Origin: Candidatus Hydrogenedentota bacterium
GTDB taxonomy: Bacteria > Hydrogenedentota > Hydrogenedentia > Hydrogenedentales > SLHB01
DNA: 30,280 bases
Direction: 5' to 3'
NCBI GenBank assembly: GCA_034408725.1
Contig: JAWXCN010000170.1
Span: forward strand, 1-30,280
In this document: positions 1 to 6,738 of the stretch, piece by piece
Layout: each line of letters opens with the position of its first letter
Numbering within the stretch: the stretch's first letter is position 1
Notes under the pieces: model-generated
The model's input: only the letters and a program-made list of their open reading frames with translations
What the model was told of the DNA's origin: nothing
Databases searched by the model: none
Program-made: the position numbers and the translations under genes

Positions 1-336
1 GAAATGTATAAACAGTCGCTGGCGGACTCACGTATCGGGCTATCTTTTTTTGGATTCGGTTTCGATACCGTGCGGTATTGGGAACTGGCCGCGCACGGCT
101 GCATGCTGCTCGCAGAACGGCCACTGGTTCGGATACCATTTAACTTTATCGCCGGAGAATCAGCGAACTTTTTCGATGACCTGCCGGAGTTGGAACAGAA
201 GCTGGCGCACTATTTAGCCCATCCGGACGAAGCACAAATGATAGCGACGGCAGGCCACTCACATTTCCTCAAGTATCATACGACCTCCGCGAGGGCGAGA
301 CAGTTTCTCGGCCGGATTCAAATGATCATGAAATAG
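1..336 (+). CDS. Glycosyltransferase C-terminal domain (CgeB/Glyco_trans_1_2-like), truncated at window edge
   Basis: The frame is open from base 1. YKQSLADSRIGLS...RYWELAAHGCMLL...IATAGHSHFLKYHT resembles the CgeB-like GT-B C-terminus. Confidence 0.7.
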   Translation, partial: EMYKQSLADSRIGLSFFGFGFDTVRYWELAAHGCMLLAERPLVRIPFNFIAGESANFFDDLPELEQKLAHYLAHPDEAQMIATAGHSHFLKYHTTSARARQFLGRIQMIMK

Positions 337-372
337 CAAGCAGTCGAATGTAACGGAACATGGAGTCGAACA

Positions 373-849
373 ATTCGCTTTCAATTCGAAACGCATGTAA
401 ATACAAAGCGGTCGGAAGTGTTTTCCTTTTTCGCGTGCCCCGGTAATTTGCAAGTGTTGATGACCGGCCAACCCACGTTTCGCATGCTCCGTTGTGGCGA
501 TTCGGTTCAAGTTGGCGGCCAATTTTGGATAGAAGTAACAACGGCCGCCGTCCTTCCCGTCGTAATGGGATTCCAGTTCACGCAGTATGACGCACCAAAT
601 CTATTTTCGGAAACGCTCATCCACGGGCCATTTCAACAGTTCGACCATACACACCTGTTCGAAAACAGCGGAGGTGGAACACTGATTCGCGACACCATTT
701 CGTGCCGTCTGAAATGGCCGTATGGCGGCGAAATTGGAACGCGACTTATGGTGGCAAAAAGCTTGCACGCCATGTTTGCCTATCGCGCAACAGAGCTTCA
801 ACAGCTCGCCCAGTCTGCATTCGAATTCCGGAAGCCGGGGGATATCTAG
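373..849 (+). CDS. SRPBCC (polyketide cyclase/dehydrase-like) family protein
   Basis: EVFSFFACPGNL...GPFQQFDHTHLF...GGTLIRDTI...MFAYR is a typical SRPBCC pattern. Similarity extends upstream of the GTG at 418 to an ATT at 373 preceded by GGAG, so the start is uncertain. Confidence 0.75.
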   Translation: MRFQFETHVNTKRSEVFSFFACPGNLQVLMTGQPTFRMLRCGDSVQVGGQFWIEVTTAAVLPVVMGFQFTQYDAPNLFSETLIHGPFQQFDHTHLFENSGGGTLIRDTISCRLKWPYGGEIGTRLMVAKSLHAMFAYRATELQQLAQSAFEFRKPGDI

Positions 850-851
850 AT

Positions 852-1391
852 ATGGAAGTCGCCAGTTACCTTCTTTTCGTGCTGGGAGTTCTCGGTGCGG
901 CAGACATCGCTATGTATCACTCAGTGTCCCACGGGATTCGCAATCACCCTGACTCGCGCGCCGAACTCATAACGCACAGTCTGCGTGGGCCGACCTACGC
1001 TGTGCTGTTTGTATTGCTTCCGAATTTTTCGCTAAAAGGATGGTGGTTCGGGCTACTGGTAATAATCCTAATCTTTGATTTGCTCATCTCGCTGATAGAC
1101 TTTGCACTTGAAAGGAAGAGCCGGTCATTTTTCAACGGCCTCCCCAGTGGCGAGTACGTGTTACACACCGTTATTGCCATGGTTTTTGGAGCAATGGTCT
1201 CGAGTGTATTCTACGAAGGCGGGCGTTATTTTTATCATGCCACGTCAATAACATACTTTCCCGCAGTACCCGAATTTCTTCGCGCGATATTCGTAGTGAT
1301 GGCAGTCCTGGTGCTTATTTCCGGAACTCAGGATGCTGTAGCGGTTTTGCGGCTTGGTGGCCAACCCATGCGTGCCCCCAATGCAAAATAA
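852..1391 (+). CDS. Integral membrane protein (about 5 TM) with His/Asp/Glu-rich helices
   Basis: ATG at 852 directly follows the upstream stop. Hydrophobic segments carry GAADIAMYH, ELITHSLR, DFALERKSR and GEYVLH. Confidence 0.7.
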   Translation: MEVASYLLFVLGVLGAADIAMYHSVSHGIRNHPDSRAELITHSLRGPTYAVLFVLLPNFSLKGWWFGLLVIILIFDLLISLIDFALERKSRSFFNGLPSGEYVLHTVIAMVFGAMVSSVFYEGGRYFYHATSITYFPAVPEFLRAIFVVMAVLVLISGTQDAVAVLRLGGQPMRAPNAK

Positions 1392-1815
1392 ACTGGATAA
1401 TAGCGAATCATGCCATGCCAAATGGATGACCAAGGTCTTGGTTGCAGCGGCGTTGTACAATGCATGCTTTGGGGTTCTGGCCGGTTTAGCGCCCAAAATG
1501 ACATTGACCTGGCTCGGGTTTCTCGATCCCAGTAGTCGGGAACAGGCGCTGTGGCAATGCATCGGAATGATTGTGGGCGTGTATGGGGTTGCGTATTGGT
1601 TTGCCGCCCGAGCCCCACTGCGTCATTGGCCCGTTGTTTTGGCCGGACTTTTGGGGAAATTGTTCGGACCGATAGGGTTTGTTTCAAGTGCGGCAAATGG
1701 GGTAATGCCATGGCGAACGGGTTTCATTATTCTAAGCAATGACATTGTCTGGTGGATTCCTTTCTCGCTCATTTTGATTGCGTCAGCTCGGGTGCACAAG
1801 CGAATCGCAGAATAG
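1381..1815 (+). CDS. Small 4-TM membrane protein (family often loosely annotated as alkyl hydroperoxide reductase-associated)
   Basis: AALYNACFG...WQCIGMIVGVYGVAY...PLRHWPVVLAGLLGKLFGPIGF...NDIVWWIPF. The start could be 1381 or 1426. Confidence 0.7.
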   Translation: MQNKLDNSESCHAKWMTKVLVAAALYNACFGVLAGLAPKMTLTWLGFLDPSSREQALWQCIGMIVGVYGVAYWFAARAPLRHWPVVLAGLLGKLFGPIGFVSSAANGVMPWRTGFIILSNDIVWWIPFSLILIASARVHKRIAE

Positions 1816-1870
1816 AAAGCATTGAGATGTTCATCGCAAAAACATGCAACAACCGGTATTCTTTCCTCCC

Positions 1871-3067
1871 ATGAAACTACTCGACATTATTTCAAACGAA
1901 TCCACTCGCCGGGAACAGTTTCCGGTCGTCGCCGAACGCATTTTTATGGGCCATGCCGGTGTCGCGCCGTTGCCAAAAGTCGCTGTTGATGCAATGGCGG
2001 AATATTGCGCGCGGGGCTCAGTGGGCCCGCAGGAAAACGCTTGGTCCAATGGGCAGATGCTCAAAGCCCGGCAGACCTCGGCGCGGCTGATTGGCGCGAC
2101 TGCGGACGAAATCGTATTACTCGGTCCCACATCGCTGGGGTTAAGTTTGGTGGCAAACGGAATGCCGTGGCAAGCAGGCGACGAGGTCGTATTCTATGCC
2201 GACGACTATCCCGCGAACGTCTATCCCTGGACCGGCCTGGAAGAAAAAGGTGTGCGACCGGTGCGCGTGCAGCCCATTGCTCCCGGCCTTATTACATGGG
2301 ATGCAATCGAATCTGTACTCACATCACGAACGCGATTGGTGAGTTTGGCGTCGTGCCATTTTTTGAGCGGATACCGGACCGATATCGATGAGATCGGACG
2401 ACGGCTCCACGAACGCGATGTGCTGTTTTGTGTAGATGGCATCCAAACCTTGGGTGCTTTTCCCTTATCGGTCGCCCACGTCGATTTTCTGAGCGCGGAC
2501 TCCCATAAATGGCTACTCGGGCCAATGGGCGCGGGCATCGTGTTCATCAAGAAGGAGCATCAGGAGATGTTGCGGCCCTCACTGCTCGGATCATGGAACG
2601 TCGTCTCTCCCGGATTTGTCACGCAGGAAGTCCTCCAATATGAATCCGGTGGCCGCCGCTACGAACCCGGCGCGCTGAATATGCCCGGAATCATCGGTAT
2701 GCTCGCGTCGATGGAACTATTAATGAGTACCGGAGTTGACGCAATAGGTGAGCGGCTCCTGGCATTGCGCCGCGCCTTGTTGGCGCATTTGCGCGATTCG
2801 GGATACTCTACTTTTGCGGAATCGGGCGCGAACAACGCGGCGATGCTCGATTCAATTTCCGCGGCAGAGCCTTGGGCTTCGGGAATCGTGACCGTGGCGC
2901 ATCCTGACAAGGACATGCGCGCCATCTACAAGTCGTTGGAGAACGCAGGAATAGTTGCGTCGTTGCGGCAGAATCGTAAAGGAACGTTTTTCATCCGGTT
3001 TTCGCCGCACTTCTACAACACAGAGGAAGAAGTTGATCGAGTCGCGAGCGCTATGGCCGCGGGCTGA
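1871..3067 (+). CDS. PLP-dependent aminotransferase class V (cysteine desulfurase-like / cystine C-S lyase-like)
   Basis: Contains VDGIQTLG, SADSHKWLLGP (PLP Lys) and IRFSPHFYNT. It lacks the C-terminal catalytic Cys loop of SufS/IscS. The start is 1844 or 1871. Confidence 0.85.
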   Translation: MKLLDIISNESTRREQFPVVAERIFMGHAGVAPLPKVAVDAMAEYCARGSVGPQENAWSNGQMLKARQTSARLIGATADEIVLLGPTSLGLSLVANGMPWQAGDEVVFYADDYPANVYPWTGLEEKGVRPVRVQPIAPGLITWDAIESVLTSRTRLVSLASCHFLSGYRTDIDEIGRRLHERDVLFCVDGIQTLGAFPLSVAHVDFLSADSHKWLLGPMGAGIVFIKKEHQEMLRPSLLGSWNVVSPGFVTQEVLQYESGGRRYEPGALNMPGIIGMLASMELLMSTGVDAIGERLLALRRALLAHLRDSGYSTFAESGANNAAMLDSISAAEPWASGIVTVAHPDKDMRAIYKSLENAGIVASLRQNRKGTFFIRFSPHFYNTEEEVDRVASAMAAG

Positions 3068-3071
3068 AGGC

Positions 3072-3530
3072 TCAACCGTAAAAACGGTACAATGCCTCCG
3101 CGACACACGCTGGTTTCGCACCCCCTTCAATTTCCATGCTCAGGTTCACAGTAACCTGAATGCCTCCTGCGACATCCTCTACCGTGTTCAGCGAAACGTG
3201 TAATCGAATTCTGCTGCCCGCCAACACCGGCGCGGGAAATCGCAGCCGGTTCAGCCCGTAATTGAGTGCCGCGGACGCTCCGGACACCGTCCAAACCTGT
3301 TCCATCAAAAATGGCACAACAGATAATGTGTAATAACCATGAGCTACTGGCCCGCCAAAAGGCGACTCCCGTTTTGCACGCTCAACGTCAACATGTATCC
3401 ATTGCTCATCGTGAGTGGCCTTTGCAAACGCGTTGATTTCATCTTGCGTGACGTCGTGCCACTCGGACACGCCAATTTCCTGTCCAACCAACGACGGGAT
3501 TTCGGAAATCGAAACTTGGCGAGGGGCCAT
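3072..3530 (-). CDS. MaoC/NodN-like hot-dog fold dehydratase
   Basis: FAKATHDEQWIHVD hydratase motif, AHGYYTLS and NYGLNRLRFPAPV. GAGG SD precedes the ATG at 3530. Confidence 0.9.
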   Translation of the reverse strand: MAPRQVSISEIPSLVGQEIGVSEWHDVTQDEINAFAKATHDEQWIHVDVERAKRESPFGGPVAHGYYTLSVVPFLMEQVWTVSGASAALNYGLNRLRFPAPVLAGSRIRLHVSLNTVEDVAGGIQVTVNLSMEIEGGAKPACVAEALYRFYG

Positions 3531-3581
3531 GAAGTACCTCAATATCGTTTTGATTCACGTTGTTCGTAATCGGGTGTGGAG

Positions 3582-3854
3582 TTAGCCTTTTTCCTTCGCG
3601 ACCAGATCGGTCACGACATCGATATAGCGTTGTTTGGCTTCATCAAGCGTGGCGCCTTCGACCGCCTTCCATGAATCGAATTTCGCGCGGCCCACGAAAT
3701 CGAGCATGCCTGGGCGCGCGCCGGCGCAATCACCTTTTATAGCCTGCTTGTACAACCCATAAAGCTTGAGCATTACGTCGTTGTCGGGAGCCTGTGACAA
3801 TGCTGTGACATCTTTTATTGCCTGCTCGAACTGTGCATTCAAATCTTCCGGCAT
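3582..3854 (-). CDS. Acyl-CoA-binding protein (ACBP)
   Basis: LKLYGLYKQAIKGD...RPGMLDFVGRAKFDSW...AKQRYI matches the ACBP signature. AGAGGA SD. Confidence 0.93.
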   Translation of the reverse strand: MPEDLNAQFEQAIKDVTALSQAPDNDVMLKLYGLYKQAIKGDCAGARPGMLDFVGRAKFDSWKAVEGATLDEAKQRYIDVVTDLVAKEKG

Positions 3855-3905
3855 AGCTTAATCCTCTGTTGGTGATTCCGCTGCCCGCAGGGACCACGAC
3901 TCCCT

Positions 3906-3933
3906 ATCGTTATCGTAATCGTCCTCGTAATCG
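3906..3933. repeat. Degenerate hexamer tandem repeat (ATCGTN) x about 4.7
   Basis: atcgtt atcgta atcgtc ctcgta atcg, in the nagB-ACBP spacer. Confidence 0.65.
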
Positions 3934-3949
3934 ACACTGATTTTCCCTA

Positions 3950-4735
3950 TCAGCGAAACTCGTCCCAATCGGGCTCATTTTCAAAAATCCAGCGGTAGTA
4001 TTCCTTATTCTGCAAGTTTGCCGCCGCTGCTTCATCGACAATCACATGGCAACTCGGATGAAGCTGCAACGCCGATGCCGATATCATGCTGGTCACCGGC
4101 CCCTCGACCGCTTTGGCGATGACATCGGCCTTCTCATCGCCAACCGCCAACAATATGCACTCTTTCGCTTCCAGTATGGTGCCAACACCCATGGTGATGG
4201 CGCGCCGCGGGATGTCGCCAGGTTTGTCAAACAACGGGGAATTTTGGCGCAATGTTTCCGGTGTAAGCGCCTTCGCGCGGGTCCTCGATTGCATGGCCGA
4301 AAGCGGTTCATTGAACCCTATATGCCCCGAACGGCCAACCCCAAGCACCTGCAGCCCAATTCCCCCCCGCTCGCGAATCAACGCCTCATACGCCGCGCAT
4401 TCCGCATCGATATCCTTCGCGTCGCCCCGTGGAAGGTTGGTGTTTCGCGGATCGATATTGACATGATCGAACAGGTGGTGATCCATATAGTGTCGATACG
4501 ATTGCGGATGTTTCGGGGACAACCCGATGTACTCATCAAGATTGAACGTCTCGACGAGTGAGAAGTCGAGCGCCTCCTCGTTGTGCATGCGCACCAGGCG
4601 CTCATAGACCGATTCCATCGTCCGGCCCGTCGCAAGGCCCAACACCAGCTTCGGTTTCTTCCTGATACCCGCCGCGATAAAGCGCGCGGTAAGTTCCGCG
4701 GCGTCCTGCTCCGTGGGCCGAATAACTACTTCCAT
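3950..4735 (-). CDS. nagB: Glucosamine-6-phosphate deaminase
   Basis: VLGLATGRT, TFNLDEYIGL, GHIGFNEP, AITMGVGTI and SALQLHP. Confidence 0.95.
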   Translation of the reverse strand: MEVVIRPTEQDAAELTARFIAAGIRKKPKLVLGLATGRTMESVYERLVRMHNEEALDFSLVETFNLDEYIGLSPKHPQSYRHYMDHHLFDHVNIDPRNTNLPRGDAKDIDAECAAYEALIRERGGIGLQVLGVGRSGHIGFNEPLSAMQSRTRAKALTPETLRQNSPLFDKPGDIPRRAITMGVGTILEAKECILLAVGDEKADVIAKAVEGPVTSMISASALQLHPSCHVIVDEAAAANLQNKEYYRWIFENEPDWDEFR

Positions 4736-4846
4736 ATCGCTGGCCTTCTCCTCTCCACTACCTTCGGAAACGCCCCATCGTAAAGGATCGACGCTCTCAG
4801 TTAAATCTGTTCCGTTCTCGTGAAACGATCCCGAAGTATCTGATCT

Positions 4847-4916
4847 CGATACCCGTTACCCAACTCCCGCCATCCGACACCCGACACTCGACACACGGCA
4901 CCCGGCACCCGGATAC
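4847..4916. repeat. Degenerate heptamer tandem repeat (consensus CGRCACC) x about 10
   Basis: cgatacc cgttacc caactcc cgccatc cgacacc cgacact cgacaca cggcacc cggcacc cggatac. Confidence 0.75.
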
Positions 4917-4922
4917 CTCACT

Positions 4923-6584
4923 TCACCGCGGCTGCGCAATATAGTCGAGGTAATACGCATCTGGCGGCATCGCCAGTCCCAACGAAAACGGCATCGGTCC
5001 CCACAAGTCCGAATAGAATCCCGCGCCAAGAGGAAGGGACATGGTCGCGATCCGGCGATCAATCGCAACCGTTTCCCGCGTTCGCATTTCGACGTACTCG
5101 CGGGGCAACGGCGTGACATTGCTGTTGTTTTGCGGGCTGATGACGATGTCTCCCGGCAGCAGTACCGTACGGTCCAACTCGAAATGCTTGAACCCCGCTT
5201 CGGTCATGTAATGCTGGAAACCCCAATGTCCCTGGTAGTACACAGTGCCGGGAAAGCCCACGGCCCGTTCCCGGAATCGCTCTGCCGCAAGGCGTTGCGA
5301 TTGCGCCCAAGTCATGTCCGCGCGCGCGACGAGCAATGAAATGACCCCAGACAGAACCAGCGCCAGAAGCATGCGGAAGTTCGCGCGTCTGACATTTACA
5401 AATGAAAGATAATCGAGACGCCGCGCCGCGATGATTGCCGCCGCCGGCACGAGCGGCAACAGGCTCCTCGCGTTTACGGACCATGTAACAAAACACGCAA
5501 AAATGAACGTGCCCGCAATCCACGCCACCAGTAGCCATGATTCCGGTTCCCCGCGGTGACGTATTTCGCACAACGATAATGTGACAAGCTGTGTGCCGCC
5601 AAGAACGAGGATCGCGCATACGAATGACGAAACAATTGGAAGATCAAATCCACCGGTGAGCACGCCGTTGCCAGCGCGCCCCAGCCCGGCGAGCACAAGC
5701 GCAAAGGCAACCCAAATGAGTAACCCGAGTAAACGTACCCGGCCCTTCCACAGGACTGCTCCAAGCTGCATGATGGAAAAAGTGCAGCCGCCAGTGAACG
5801 CGAATCCAATCAACAGCCATGCCCACATGCTCCGGTTTTGGATGCGTTGGTCGAACACTACATCCGCGACGTTCCGGAACAGAAGATGACCGTAATGGTA
5901 GTAGCACCAAGTCTGCTCGACAGCAATCATCGAGATCGGAATCAGCAAGCAGGCCAACCACCATTTCGGGCGGGAAAATTTTAAGGCGCCGTACAGGACA
6001 AACAATGGAACGAGAGCGACGCCAAAATACTTTGTCCACATGGCGAGACCGGCGACACCGCACGCGGCGATCAGCCAACGCGTCTGACCTCGCTCGAATC
6101 CTTCAACCCACAGCGCGAGCGCGCCAACGAACAATGCAAGCAGCCACATATCGAGCATGAGCGATGTGCCACTTACCACAAACGCGGGTGCGCAGATGGT
6201 CGCGGCGCACGCGAGCAATGGGCGCTTGCAAAAGCGCCGTGCAAGTGCATAGGTGGACAAACCCGCAAGCATCGCGGGCAACAAAAAACCCACGTGGAGC
6301 ACCCATTCCTTCCAGCCAAATAGTCCACCAATCAGTGCGAGGTAAAAATTCGCAAGCGGCGGGCTCGCGTGCCATTCGTGGACAGGGCGCTCGGTCCCAT
6401 CCCAGTTCAGGGATACTCCGTAGTAATCGAGGGGGTCTTCGAGAATGTGCTTCGCAATGACAATATACGCAGTGTCGTCGATGTGGACCGGCTTGTTTAG
6501 AAACGGCGCGAGAAAAGCAATCGGCAACAGCGCCGCCACTACCCAGTCCCAGTGCGTCCCCATCCGCGTTTGCACTTTAGACAT
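4923..6584 (-). CDS. ArnT/PMT-type (GT-C fold) membrane glycosyltransferase
   Basis: About 12 hydrophobic segments. The first loop has an acidic HIDDTAY motif, followed by HASPPL, GLAMWTKYFG and ARSLLPLVP. Confidence 0.85.
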   Translation of the reverse strand: MSKVQTRMGTHWDWVVAALLPIAFLAPFLNKPVHIDDTAYIVIAKHILEDPLDYYGVSLNWDGTERPVHEWHASPPLANFYLALIGGLFGWKEWVLHVGFLLPAMLAGLSTYALARRFCKRPLLACAATICAPAFVVSGTSLMLDMWLLALFVGALALWVEGFERGQTRWLIAACGVAGLAMWTKYFGVALVPLFVLYGALKFSRPKWWLACLLIPISMIAVEQTWCYYHYGHLLFRNVADVVFDQRIQNRSMWAWLLIGFAFTGGCTFSIMQLGAVLWKGRVRLLGLLIWVAFALVLAGLGRAGNGVLTGGFDLPIVSSFVCAILVLGGTQLVTLSLCEIRHRGEPESWLLVAWIAGTFIFACFVTWSVNARSLLPLVPAAAIIAARRLDYLSFVNVRRANFRMLLALVLSGVISLLVARADMTWAQSQRLAAERFRERAVGFPGTVYYQGHWGFQHYMTEAGFKHFELDRTVLLPGDIVISPQNNSNVTPLPREYVEMRTRETVAIDRRIATMSLPLGAGFYSDLWGPMPFSLGLAMPPDAYYLDYIAQPR

Positions 6585-6616
6585 GCGCGCGCCCGGGACG
6601 AAAACAGATTGTGTGA

Positions 6617-6644
6617 ATTATAATGGTCATAAAGAACGCATCAA
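6617..6644 (-). promoter_or_regulatory. Putative sigma70 promoter of the GT-C gene
   Basis: Minus strand TTGATG-16 nt-TATAAT, about 30 nt upstream of the ATG at 6584. TTGATGCG is repeated 28 bp further upstream. Confidence 0.5.
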
Positions 6645-6682
6645 ATTAACATTGCTTGCGATAGCGCATCAATCCGGCAATT

Positions 6683-6721
6683 AAAATGGCGCCCCTGGCC
6701 ATATTGACCGGGGGCGCCATT
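6683..6721 (-). terminator. Rho-independent terminator after the PQQ dehydrogenase-like gene
   Basis: Minus strand AATGGCGCCCCCGGTCA-ATA-TGGCCAGGGGCGCCATTTT, a long GC stem 17 nt after the stop. Confidence 0.75.
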
Positions 6722-6738
6722 AGTGCTATTGCCGCGTC

